Under the pieces are notes generated by a model, which was not told where the DNA came from, did not search any database, and was given only the letters and a program-made list of their open reading frames with translations. This document shows positions 30,262 through 39,797 of a stretch of 64,000 nt of DNA, piece after piece. The translations under genes were made by a program, and so were the position numbers. The first letter of the stretch is position 1; each line of letters starts with the position of its first letter. Origin of the DNA: Vicinamibacterales bacterium (lineage in GTDB: Bacteria > Acidobacteriota > Vicinamibacteria > Vicinamibacterales > Fen-181); the NCBI GenBank assembly GCA_041947015.1, contig JBHGBL010000008.1:5878-69877 (forward strand). The letters run 5' to 3'.

Positions 30262-31401
30262 ATGATCCTCGACCCCTATCCAGAAGACAGAGACTACCAG
30301 GAAAGCGTTCGCGCCTTCGCGGGGGAGGTGGTGCGGCCGGCCGCAGCTGCCATCGACGAAGAGGACCGCTTCCCGTTCGCCGTCATCGACAGGGTGAGAG
30401 CCGAAGGGCTGCTGGGCGTGACGGTCCCGCGCGAGTGGGGCGGGCTCGGCAGGAACTACCTGGCCTACGCTCTGGCGGTCGAGGCGATAGGGGAGGCGAG
30501 TGCGACGGTGGCCGTCATCGTGGCGGTCAACAACTCGCTCGTTGCCGAGCCGCTCGCCCGCTTCGGCTCCCGCGCACAGAAACAACGATGGCTTCGACGG
30601 CTGGCAGCCGGCGAGTGGATCGGCGCTTTCGCGCTGTCGGAAGCCGGGGCCGGCACCGATGCCGCACGCATCGAGGCCAAAGCTGTCTCGCGCGGCGGCG
30701 GCTATCTACTGAACGGTGAGAAGACGTGGGTGGCGAACGCGGAGGCCGCGAAGCTAGGCATCGTCTTCGCCCGAATCCCGGACGAGGCCTGGGGTGGGGT
30801 CACCGCGTTCATCGTGCCTTTCGATTCTCCCGGCGTGCAGCTGGGCGCAAGGACCCTCTCACTCGGGGTACGAGGTCTCGGATGCTTCGACATCGCGTTC
30901 GACAACGTCAGGGTGGCGCCAGAACAGGTTTTGGGTGAGCCGGGGGCGGGCTTCGGCGTCGCGCGCTGGGCCCTCAACGGGGGGCGGGTGGCGATTGCCG
31001 CCCAGGCGCTGGGGCTCGCGCAAGCTGCGGTGAATGAAGCCGTCGCCTACGCTCGGCAACGGCACACGTTCGGCAAGCCGATCGCGACCTACGAGGCGGT
31101 GCAGTGGATGATTGCGGACGCCGCGACGGCGATCGAGGCTTCGCGCGTGCTGACTTACAGGGCAGCCACGCTGCGCAACGTCGAGGCCGAGGCGACTGTC
31201 GCTGCGTCGATGGCGAAGCTGCACGCCTCCGAGACGGCCTCACAGGCGACGAACATGGCCGTACAGGTCTTCGGTGCGGCCGGCTACAGGCGCGGATCGA
31301 CCGTCGAGCGGTTGTTCAGGGACGGGCGCGCGGTGGAGATCTACCAGGGCACTTCGGAAGCTCAGCGGCTCATCATCTCGAGTGCGATTATCAGAGCCTG
31401 A
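30262..31401 (+). CDS. Acyl-CoA dehydrogenase
   Basis: FALSEAGAGTDA, NGEKTWV, GRVAIAAQALG, IYQGTSEAQR. Confidence 0.92.
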   Translation: MILDPYPEDRDYQESVRAFAGEVVRPAAAAIDEEDRFPFAVIDRVRAEGLLGVTVPREWGGLGRNYLAYALAVEAIGEASATVAVIVAVNNSLVAEPLARFGSRAQKQRWLRRLAAGEWIGAFALSEAGAGTDAARIEAKAVSRGGGYLLNGEKTWVANAEAAKLGIVFARIPDEAWGGVTAFIVPFDSPGVQLGARTLSLGVRGLGCFDIAFDNVRVAPEQVLGEPGAGFGVARWALNGGRVAIAAQALGLAQAAVNEAVAYARQRHTFGKPIATYEAVQWMIADAATAIEASRVLTYRAATLRNVEAEATVAASMAKLHASETASQATNMAVQVFGAAGYRRGSTVERLFRDGRAVEIYQGTSEAQRLIISSAIIRA

Positions 31402-31421
31402 GTTGGGATGGGATCGGGATC

Positions 31422-31489
31422 AGGGTTGAGGAATGAGCCAGCTCGAGACTCGAGACTGCTCATACCTCGGTCCTCGTAACTCAGTCCTG
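31422..31489. repeat. Third copy of the AGGACTG-family hairpin element
   Basis: AGGGTTG AGGAATG AGCCAG-(CTCGAGA)x2-...CATACCTCGGTCCT...CTCAGTCCTG. Shares GAGCCAG...CATACCTC.GTCCT with the 6728-6753 copy. Confidence 0.6.
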
Positions 31490-31505
31490 CTCATGAGGCA
31501 CACCC

Positions 31506-31718
31506 ATGATTCAGACATTGGCTTTCAAAGTGGCCGGAATGACGTGCGGCGGGTGCGAGAACGCCGTGAAGCGCACGATCGCTCAGCTGCCCGGCGTCAT
31601 ATCGGTGACTGCTTCCCACAGCGATGGCAGGGTCGAAGTGACCTGCGACGACGAGTCCGTGACTCGTGAGGTCATCGCGGACAGAATACGGAGAACAGGC
31701 TACGAGGTCACCCCATGA
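31506..31718 (+). CDS. Heavy-metal-associated (CopZ-like) chaperone
   Basis: GMTCGGC motif, 70 aa, ends GYEV. Confidence 0.9.
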   Translation: MIQTLAFKVAGMTCGGCENAVKRTIAQLPGVISVTASHSDGRVEVTCDDESVTREVIADRIRRTGYEVTP

Positions 31719-32874
31719 TCTGCCTGGCCAGTGTCTGAAGCTGCATGTTCGACGTGCCCTCGTAAATCTGTCCTATCTTCGCGTCGCGGTAGAGCTTTTC
31801 GACAGGGTAGTCCTTTGTGTACCCGTACCCGCCGAACAGCTGCACCGCAAGCGATGTCACGTGCTCGGCCGCGTCGGACGCGTACAACTTGCACATCGCC
31901 GCCTCGCGCAGGAATGGGCGGCCTGCGTCCCTCAGACGAGCCGCGTTGTAGACCAGCAGCCGAGCCGCCTCGAGTTCGACGGCCGCCCTCGATATCTGGA
32001 ACTGCACGCCCTGGAAGTCTGCGATCGCCCGGCCGAACTGCTTCCTTTCCTTGACGTAGCTGACCATGTGGTCGAAAGCGCCCTGCGCCAGGCCGAGCAT
32101 CTGCGCGCCAATCCCTATACGTCCTTCGTTCAGCGTCTCGATGGCGACCTTGTACCCCTTGCCGACCTCGCCTAGCACGTTCTCGCGCGGGACGCGGCAG
32201 TCTTCGAGCAGCAGCTCGCACGTGCTGCTCGCCCGGATGCCGAGCTTGTCCTCTTTCTTGCCCACCGTGAACCCGGGAAGTCCACGCTCGACGACGAACG
32301 CGGTGATTCCGCGGTAGCCCGCCTGCGGGTTGGCATTTGCGAAGACGATGAAGATGTCGGCCTCGTTTGCCGATGAGATCCAGAGCTTGCGGCCCGTCAG
32401 CACGAACGAGTCGCCGTCCGATACCGCGCGGGTCGCCATCGCGAATGCATCGCTTCCAGCCCCCGCCTCGGAGAGCGCATAGGCGCCGACGGTGTCCGCG
32501 GATAGCCGCTTCAGGTAGCGCTGTTTCTGCCCCTCGGTGCCCCATCGGAGCAGCGCGTTCGTGACGAGGGTGTTCTGCACGTCCACCAGCAGCGCAACAG
32601 CAGGGTCCACCCTCGAGAGCGACTCGACGACGAGAACGGCGTGGAAGAAGCTGGCGCCAGCGCCGCCGTAAGCTTCGGGCACCTCGATACCCATTATGCC
32701 AAGGCCGAAGAGCTCGTCTATGAGCGAACGGGGCATCTTCGCCTGTTCGTCCATCTCCCGGACAAGCGGCCGGATGCGCTGGTCGGCGAACTCGTAGACG
32801 CTGTCCCGCAGGATGGTCTCATCTTCCGCCAGCGCCGTGAGCGGCTCTGCGGAACCAGTTGTCCGGCTGACCAT
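31708..32874 (-). CDS. Acyl-CoA dehydrogenase (short/branched-chain type)
   Basis: VDVQNTLV, YALSEAGAGSDAF, KEDKLGIRASST, RDAKIGQIYEGTSN. Confidence 0.93.
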   Translation of the reverse strand: MVSRTTGSAEPLTALAEDETILRDSVYEFADQRIRPLVREMDEQAKMPRSLIDELFGLGIMGIEVPEAYGGAGASFFHAVLVVESLSRVDPAVALLVDVQNTLVTNALLRWGTEGQKQRYLKRLSADTVGAYALSEAGAGSDAFAMATRAVSDGDSFVLTGRKLWISSANEADIFIVFANANPQAGYRGITAFVVERGLPGFTVGKKEDKLGIRASSTCELLLEDCRVPRENVLGEVGKGYKVAIETLNEGRIGIGAQMLGLAQGAFDHMVSYVKERKQFGRAIADFQGVQFQISRAAVELEAARLLVYNAARLRDAGRPFLREAAMCKLYASDAAEHVTSLAVQLFGGYGYTKDYPVEKLYRDAKIGQIYEGTSNMQLQTLARQIMG

Positions 32875-33015
32875 TGGGCGCCTCCTCCCAAGGTGGCTCA
32901 ATGGTATCATCAACTCAGGGGCGATTCGGCAGGGGCGGGTTTACCGCCGGTCGTCTGCCCGCAGAAACATCCCCGTGCGTTCGGAACGCCGGAATGGTCC
33001 CTGGTTGGGGCAGTG

Positions 33016-35160
33016 ATGAGACAGCAGGTGCGAGCGATCCTCGTTGCGGCGGCGCTGGCGGTTCTGTTTCTCGTTCCGGCAGGCAGAGCCCAGGAGCCGC
33101 AGACTGGGCAGCCGGCCGGCAAGCCAAAAGCACAGCAATCCGAAGAGAAGGCACGGCAATCAGGCCAGCAGGCTCAGCAACAGCCGCCGACCTTCCGCGC
33201 GGGAATCAACTTCGTTCGCGTGGACGTGATCGTCACCGACAAGAGGGGCGAGCCGGTGAGCGATCTCCGGCTGGAGGACTTCGAGGTCACCGAGGACGGC
33301 AAGCCCCAGAGAATAGAGACGTTCAAGCTCGTGCGGATCGGCGAAGAAGTCTCTGCCGTGCCCCCGCGCCAGATCCGCACCGCCTACGACGAGGAAAGCG
33401 AGGCAGCGCGGGACGACGTGCGGCTGTTCGCCATCTTCCTGGACGACTACCACGTGAGGCTGGGGGCGAGCATGGCGGTCCGCGAGCCGCTGAAGCGCTT
33501 CATACAGACTTCGCTCGGGCCGTCAGACATGGTGGCGCTCATGTACCCGCTCACGCCACTCAGTGACGTGAGGATGAGCCGCGACCGCGATGCCGTCATG
33601 GGCGCGATCGACAAGTTCGAGGGCCGCAAGTACAACTATCAGCCGCGCAACTACGCCGAGGAGAAGTACGCGATGTACCCGGCCTCGGTCGTGGAACGGA
33701 TCCGCAACCAGGTTTCGATGGGTGCGATCAAGGCCCTCGTCACACGCCTCGGTTCCCTGCGCGAGGGACGCAAGGCGCTCATCCTCGTGAGCGAGGGTTA
33801 CAGCAACTACCTGCCGCCGCAGCTGAGGGACCCGATTGCTTCGATGCCCGGCCTGGGCAACATCGCGCGAGGCCGGCCGGGCTACGACAACCCCGAAACC
33901 GAGGAGCGCGCCGCCTTTTTCGTCAACACCGACATCCAACGCGACCTGCGCGACGTCTTCGACGCCGCGAACCGCAACAACACCGCAATCTACGCGCTCG
34001 ATCCGCGCGGCCTCGCGACTCACGAGTACGACATAAACGAGGGCGTCGGCATGGAGACCGACCGGATGTCTCTCCAGTCCACGATGGATACGCTCCGCGT
34101 GCTCGCGAGCGAGACCGACGGCCGCGCGATCGTCAACCGCAACGACCTCGACGCGGGCTTGAGGCAGGCCGTGAAGGATTCGAGCGCCTACTACCTGCTC
34201 GGCTACAACTCCACCGAAGCGCCCTCGGACGGCAAGTTCCACCAGATAAGAGTCAGGATCAGGCGGCCCGGCGTGCAGGTCCGGGCACGCAAGGGGTACT
34301 GGGCGCTGACGGCCGAAGAACGTGAAACCGCGCTCGCTCCGCCGAAGCCCGGCCCCGCTCCGGCAGTCACCGAGGCGCTCGCATCGATCATAGTCCCGAG
34401 GGGCCGCTTGACGCGGACGTGGATAGGCACGTCCCGTGGCGACAACGGCCGGACGCTCGTGACCTTTGCCTGGGAATCTGTGCCGCCGGCCCCGGGCACT
34501 GCGCCTCGAGCCGAACCGAAGCGCGTGATGTTGACCGCATCGGGTCCAGATGGCCGCCTCTATTTCCGGGGACGCGTGCCCGATGCGTCGCCCGGTGACG
34601 GATCGCCGTCAATGGGAGCGGTCGCGGCGGCTGCCACATCGCAGGCGGCGCGGCCGGCGACTGCCACAGTCCGCGCGCACGCGCGATTCGAAGCCGATCC
34701 CGGGCTGATGCAGATCCGGATCGCCGTAGAGGGAGAGAACGGCCAGGTTCTCGACTCCGAGACGCGCGAGATCTCGGTGCCCGACCTGACCGCCCCGCAG
34801 GTTTCACTCAGCACTCCGGTCGTCTTCCGCGCAAGGAACGCGCTCGAGTTCCGCGCGCTGCTGAACGAATCCGGGGCCATCCCTGCAGCCGGGCGTGAAT
34901 TCAGCCGGACCGAGCGGCTGCTAGTCCGTTTCGACGTCTACGCTCCGGGTACCGAGACGCCAGCCCCGGCGGCGCGGCTCCTCAACCGGACTGGCGCCCC
35001 GATCAACGATCTCCCGGTTCAGCGGGCCGCGGGCGGTGCCGCTTACCAGATAGATCTGCCGCTGGCTGGGCTAGCCGCCGGAGAGTATCTGCTCGAGATC
35101 TCGGTCAAGGCCGATGACGGAGAAGTGAAGCATCTCACCGGGATGAGAATCACGGGGTGA
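33016..35160 (+). CDS. Secreted VWA-domain protein (acidobacterial VWFA type)
   Basis: Signal peptide, PTFRAGINFVRVDVIVTDK, RKALILVSEG, YYLLGY...DGKFHQIRVR...VRARKGY. Confidence 0.88.
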   Translation: MRQQVRAILVAAALAVLFLVPAGRAQEPQTGQPAGKPKAQQSEEKARQSGQQAQQQPPTFRAGINFVRVDVIVTDKRGEPVSDLRLEDFEVTEDGKPQRIETFKLVRIGEEVSAVPPRQIRTAYDEESEAARDDVRLFAIFLDDYHVRLGASMAVREPLKRFIQTSLGPSDMVALMYPLTPLSDVRMSRDRDAVMGAIDKFEGRKYNYQPRNYAEEKYAMYPASVVERIRNQVSMGAIKALVTRLGSLREGRKALILVSEGYSNYLPPQLRDPIASMPGLGNIARGRPGYDNPETEERAAFFVNTDIQRDLRDVFDAANRNNTAIYALDPRGLATHEYDINEGVGMETDRMSLQSTMDTLRVLASETDGRAIVNRNDLDAGLRQAVKDSSAYYLLGYNSTEAPSDGKFHQIRVRIRRPGVQVRARKGYWALTAEERETALAPPKPGPAPAVTEALASIIVPRGRLTRTWIGTSRGDNGRTLVTFAWESVPPAPGTAPRAEPKRVMLTASGPDGRLYFRGRVPDASPGDGSPSMGAVAAAATSQAARPATATVRAHARFEADPGLMQIRIAVEGENGQVLDSETREISVPDLTAPQVSLSTPVVFRARNALEFRALLNESGAIPAAGREFSRTERLLVRFDVYAPGTETPAPAARLLNRTGAPINDLPVQRAAGGAAYQIDLPLAGLAAGEYLLEISVKADDGEVKHLTGMRITG

Positions 35161-35537
35161 CCCTGGCCGCGAGCTCCGGCCACTTTCTCTGGTGCCGTCG
35201 CGCCGGCGGCCTGGCCGGGACTCCCGTCGCGGAAGCCTCCCTTTCCCTGCCCATCCTCTCGCACATTCCCGTACGGTTCCGCCTCGACTTGTGATATATA
35301 GCGGCGGTCATCCGTTCCCGAGGTTCGGCCCCCTTCTCGAGCGACACTTGCCGGGTCTCGTTGGTCGCGACGATTTGTGGCCGGACTTGTGTACCGGGAC
35401 CCTCCGTTGCCGGGGCGCACGGGCAGGAGGCGAACCCGTTTGTCCAGGCCGTTCGGCTTCTGATCCTGTTGCCACGGGAAGGTCGGGGTCTGCTGCCCAC
35501 CTGCACTCGACCAGCGCCGCACGGGTACAAGGCCGGT

Positions 35538-35553
35538 TGGCCTTGCGCCTGCA
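35538..35553 (+). promoter_or_regulatory. Candidate sigma54 promoter of the oxidoreductase/glutamate synthase operon
   Basis: TGGC-CTTGCGC-CTGCA. GG-N10-GC spacing is correct but the match to consensus is imperfect. Confidence 0.45.
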
Positions 35554-35747
35554 GGACGACAATGCGCTCGGCGGTTCGCCGGTTTGCCAACGGATCTCGT
35601 TTTCGCGCTCGCCGGGACCTGCCATCGGCTGGTCCGTAAACGCCCTCCCACTGCCAATTCGATGCGCCGACCGGTTCGTCAGACCGATGGGAAGCCGGCG
35701 GTCCCGAGGCCTCGCAGAGGCCCGTCGTGTCCACATGGAGGAACCAT

Positions 35748-36578
35748 ATGGAAGCGGATAGCGTACCTGCCATCGTCCAGAGATACCGAGGGCAACGAGG
35801 CGCGATGATCTCGATCCTCGAGGAGGTCCAGCAGAAGTACGGCTACCTGCCTGCGGAGGCGCTGCAGGCGGTGGCGCAGGCGATGGACCGCCCGCTCGTC
35901 GATGTCTATGGCCTGGCGACCTTCTACCGATTCTTCCGCCTCGAGCCCCGCGGCAAGCACCTCTGCTCGGTCTGCGTCGGTACGGCGTGCCACGTTCGCG
36001 GAGCCCAGCCGGTCAAGGACGAGTTCGAGAAGCAGCTGCAGGTCAAAGCCGGCGAGACGACTGCCGATGGGGAGTTCACGCTCGAAACGGTGAATTGCCT
36101 CGGAGCATGTGCGCTCGGCCCGGTCGTCGTGATGGACGGCCACTACAACTCCAGCGTCAACGCGACGAAAGTCGGCCAGATCATATCCAAGGCCCGTCTT
36201 GGCACGTCGAAGGCGGACCTTGCGGGTCCGCCCTTCGCGCTGACGGTTGGCTGCTCGCGGTGCAATCACACCCTGATGGATCCGGTCCATCGGATCGACG
36301 ACCTGCCTTCGATACGGCTGACGGTATCCGGGGGCGGTGTCCACGGATGGCTGCGCTTGTCGGCGCTCTACGGCAGCGACAGCCGTGAATCCGAGCATTC
36401 ATACGCCGACCGCGCCATTCTCGACTTCTACTGCCCTCACTGCCACGCGGAGCTCAAGGGTCCGCTGCCGTGCGGCGAGTGCGTGGCTCCGATGGCGACC
36501 ATGATCGTGCGGGAGGGAGGAATCCTGCAGGTGTGCACGCGGAACGGCTGTGCAGGCCACATGTTCGACTTGTCCTGA
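35748..36578 (+). CDS. NuoE/HydC-like [2Fe-2S] subunit with C-terminal Cys-rich extension
   Basis: YGYLP, ATFY..F, CVGTACHVRG...NCLGACALGP. Extra CxxC x3 plus CTRNGC. GGAGG RBS. Confidence 0.9.
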   Translation: MEADSVPAIVQRYRGQRGAMISILEEVQQKYGYLPAEALQAVAQAMDRPLVDVYGLATFYRFFRLEPRGKHLCSVCVGTACHVRGAQPVKDEFEKQLQVKAGETTADGEFTLETVNCLGACALGPVVVMDGHYNSSVNATKVGQIISKARLGTSKADLAGPPFALTVGCSRCNHTLMDPVHRIDDLPSIRLTVSGGGVHGWLRLSALYGSDSRESEHSYADRAILDFYCPHCHAELKGPLPCGECVAPMATMIVREGGILQVCTRNGCAGHMFDLS

Positions 36579-36629
36579 ACCGCTGCCGCCCCGACCGTGT
36601 TCGGGGCCGGCACTCCACAGAGGTTGCGT

Positions 36630-39600
36630 ATGCGAAGGTTGTCTTCCATCGAGGAGCTGAGGGCGTATCGCGCGGTGGTTTTGGACGGGGCCGCGGACAG
36701 CAGGCCGGCGATCGTCGTCTGCGCCGGCACAGCGTGCCAGGCCAGCGGAGCGAACCCCGTGCTGCGCGTCGCCAAGAAACACGTCGTCGAACGCAGGCTC
36801 GGCGACAAGGTGAAGCTTCGGGTTACGGGCTGCCACGGTTTCTGCGAGATGGGTCCGTTCGTGATGACCCAGCCTCAGCAGGCCTTCTACAGCCGGGTGA
36901 AGCTGGACGACGTGCCGAGGATCATCGATGCCGTGGTCGCCGGGGAGTACGTCGAGGAACTGCTCTACCGGGACCCGGTCACTGGCGAGGTCTATAGAAG
37001 CGCCGACGAGATTCCGTTCTTCAAGAACCAGCGCCGGGTCCTGCTCGAGATGAACCGTTACGTCGATCCGATCCGGATCGACACCTACATCGAGCAGGGA
37101 GGCTATGAGGCGTTCGAACGGGTTCTCTCGAAGGGCGATCCCGCCTGGGTGGTAGAGGAGGTGAAACGCTCGGGGCTGCGGGGAAGGGGCGGCGCGGGCT
37201 TCCCGACCGGGAAGAAGTGGGAGATGCTGGCGGCGCAGCCGGATGGCCGCGGGAAGTTCATCGTCTGCAATGCGGACGAGGGCGACCCGGGGGCGTACAT
37301 GGATCGCAGCGTGCTCGAGGGCAACCCTCAGAGCATCATCGAGGGGATGCTGATCGGCGCGTTCGGAACTGGCACGACCAACGGCGCCGTGTACGTCCGG
37401 AACGAGTACCCGCTGGCGGTCAGGCACGTCAGCGTAGCCCTCGCCCAGGCGCGCGACATGGGTCTGGTCGGGCAGAACATCCTTGGCACCGGGTTCTCGT
37501 TCGAGATCTCGATCGTCAAGGGAGCGGGCGCCTTCGTATGCGGGGAGGAAACGGCGCTGATCCGCTCTGTCGAGGGGCGGATGGGCGAGCCGAGGCAGCG
37601 CCCGCCGTACCCCGTTCAGAAGGGCATCGACGGCAAGCCAACGATCATCAACAACGTCGAGACGTGGGCGAACGTTCCGCTCATCTTCCGCGACGGCGCG
37701 GAGAAGTACGCGAGCGTGGGGACCCCGGGCAACGCCGGCTGCAAGATCTTCAGCCTCGTGGGCAAGATCAAGAACACCGGCCTCGTCGAGGTGCCCATGG
37801 GCGTGACGATCAGCGACGTCGTCTACAAGATAGGCGGCGGTCCTCCGGGCAGGGCGAAGATAAAGGCCGTGCAGACTGGAGGACCGTCGGGCGGCTGCAT
37901 TCCCGCGCGGATGTTCGACCTGCCCATCGATTTCGACAGTCTGACCAAGGCGGGTTCGATCATGGGTTCGGGCGGCATGATCGTCATGGACGAGAACACG
38001 TGCATGGTCGATGTCGCCAAATACTTCATGAAGTTCCTCAAGGACGAGTCGTGCGGCAAGTGCTTCACCTGCCGCAAGGGCACGCAGCGGATGTACGAAA
38101 TCCTCGACGACATCTCGACGGGCCGGGCCACTCTCGACCAGGTAGAGCTGCTTCGCGAGCTGGCTGTAGTCGTGAAGGACACGACAATGTGCGGGCTGGG
38201 CCAGACGGCGTCGAACCCGGTTCTCAGCACGCTGCAGTACTTCCCGGATGAGTACCGGCGGCACGTGATAGAGAAGAAATGCGACGCCTTCGTCTGCAAG
38301 GATCTCGTGGGGGCGCCTTGCCAGGCGGCCTGCCCGATAGGGACGGAGGCATGGCGCTACGTCGCGCACATCGCACGGGGCGAGTGGGAGGATGCGTACA
38401 GGGCAATCCGGGAAGCCAACCCGTTCCCATCGGTCTGCGCGCGGGTCTGTGACCACCCGTGCGAGGAGCGCTGCCGCCTGGGGACGACCGGCAGCAGGGC
38501 CGTCGCCATCCGGGCGTTGAAGCGGATTGTGACCGACACCGTGGACCCGGCGACTTATCGCCCGGTCCGCAGGGCAGGCGCTGCGATGGAAGTGCAGAAG
38601 GTGGCCGTTGTGGGCTCCGGTCCCGCCGGCCTGACCGCTGCGCACTACCTCTCCCTCGACGGCTACGACGTCACGGTATTCGAGGCCGACAGCAAGCCGG
38701 GCGGGATGCTCGTCAGCGGCATCCCCTCATACAGGCTGAAGCGGGACGTCCTGAAAAAGGAAATCGACTCGCTCCTCGACGATCACGTCAAGCTGCGCTG
38801 CAACGCGGCGCTGGGCCACGACTTCTCGCTCGAGAGTCTCCTCAGCGACGGCTTCAAGGCGGTGTTCCTGGCGCTCGGTGCCCACAAGAGCCGGCGGTTG
38901 AACATCGAGGGCGAGGACATCGCCGGTGTACAGCCGGCCATGCAGTTCCTGAAGGCCTTCAACCTGCGCGGCACCGTCAGCGCCCGCGGCCGCGTCGGAG
39001 TGATCGGCGGGGGCAACTCGGCGGTCGACGCCGCACGCGTCGCGCTCCGGCAGGAGGGAGTCGAGAGCGTGACGATCTTCTACCGCCGGACCCGGCAGGA
39101 CATGCCGGCGCTGCGCGAGGAAGTCGCATCGGCGGTTGCCGAGGGAATCGGGCTGGAGTGCCTCGTGTCGCCGATCCGCGTGCTCTCGCGGCATGGCCAC
39201 CTCACCGGCATCGAGTGCGTGCGCAACGCGCTTGGACGCGTGGACAGTAGCGGGCGCGGGCAGCCATCGCCTGTGCCAGGGACCGAGTTCACGGTGCCCC
39301 TGGATTACCTGATAGTGACGATTGGCGACGAGCCGGACATCGACTACGTGAGATCGATGGGACTGAAGGTGACCGACCGCGGGACCCTCTGGGTGGACCC
39401 GGAGACCATGCAGACGAGCCGGCCGGGGATCTTCGCCGGCGGCGACGTGGTGACCGGGCCGAATACGGTGGTGCAGGCGATTGCGGCAGGCAAGAAGGCA
39501 GCGATGGTGATAGACCGCTACCTGAGGGGCGAGGAGCTGGTGTCGAGACCGGCAGCGCCGCGGCTGCCGCAGGTCTATGTCGAGCCGGTCGCCGCTGGAG

Positions 39601-39797
39601 GGGAAGCTACGAAGGTGGATAGGGTGGCGCCGCCGACATTGCCGCCCGACGTACGGAAGCGCAGCTTCGCGGAGGTGGAGCTCGCTATCACGGCGGAAGA
39701 CGCCCGCAGGGAGGCGGCCAGATGCCTGCGGTGCGACCTGGAGTTCACGCGCCCGGCGCAGCAGGTCGTGATTCGGGCGACTGGAGAGCCGACATGA
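36630..39797 (+). CDS. NuoF/HydB-like FMN/NADH subunit fused to a GltD-like FAD/NADPH domain
   Basis: N-terminal thioredoxin-like 2Fe-2S (CAGTAC...GCHGFC), SGLRGRGGAGFPTG, NADEGDPGAYMD, CGEET, GGPSGG, ESCGKCFTC. Then PCQAACP/CARVC..PCEERC, GSGPAG, GGGNSA..YRRT, FAGGD. Confidence 0.92.
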   Translation: MRRLSSIEELRAYRAVVLDGAADSRPAIVVCAGTACQASGANPVLRVAKKHVVERRLGDKVKLRVTGCHGFCEMGPFVMTQPQQAFYSRVKLDDVPRIIDAVVAGEYVEELLYRDPVTGEVYRSADEIPFFKNQRRVLLEMNRYVDPIRIDTYIEQGGYEAFERVLSKGDPAWVVEEVKRSGLRGRGGAGFPTGKKWEMLAAQPDGRGKFIVCNADEGDPGAYMDRSVLEGNPQSIIEGMLIGAFGTGTTNGAVYVRNEYPLAVRHVSVALAQARDMGLVGQNILGTGFSFEISIVKGAGAFVCGEETALIRSVEGRMGEPRQRPPYPVQKGIDGKPTIINNVETWANVPLIFRDGAEKYASVGTPGNAGCKIFSLVGKIKNTGLVEVPMGVTISDVVYKIGGGPPGRAKIKAVQTGGPSGGCIPARMFDLPIDFDSLTKAGSIMGSGGMIVMDENTCMVDVAKYFMKFLKDESCGKCFTCRKGTQRMYEILDDISTGRATLDQVELLRELAVVVKDTTMCGLGQTASNPVLSTLQYFPDEYRRHVIEKKCDAFVCKDLVGAPCQAACPIGTEAWRYVAHIARGEWEDAYRAIREANPFPSVCARVCDHPCEERCRLGTTGSRAVAIRALKRIVTDTVDPATYRPVRRAGAAMEVQKVAVVGSGPAGLTAAHYLSLDGYDVTVFEADSKPGGMLVSGIPSYRLKRDVLKKEIDSLLDDHVKLRCNAALGHDFSLESLLSDGFKAVFLALGAHKSRRLNIEGEDIAGVQPAMQFLKAFNLRGTVSARGRVGVIGGGNSAVDAARVALRQEGVESVTIFYRRTRQDMPALREEVASAVAEGIGLECLVSPIRVLSRHGHLTGIECVRNALGRVDSSGRGQPSPVPGTEFTVPLDYLIVTIGDEPDIDYVRSMGLKVTDRGTLWVDPETMQTSRPGIFAGGDVVTGPNTVVQAIAAGKKAAMVIDRYLRGEELVSRPAAPRLPQVYVEPVAAGGEATKVDRVAPPTLPPDVRKRSFAEVELAITAEDARREAARCLRCDLEFTRPAQQVVIRATGEPT

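Noticed and set aside
36399-38645. 748 aa minus-strand ORF (likewise 40496..42088, 42356..44236, 8768..10561, 46684..48387)
   Set aside because: Antisense to well-supported genes, with no recognisable domains.
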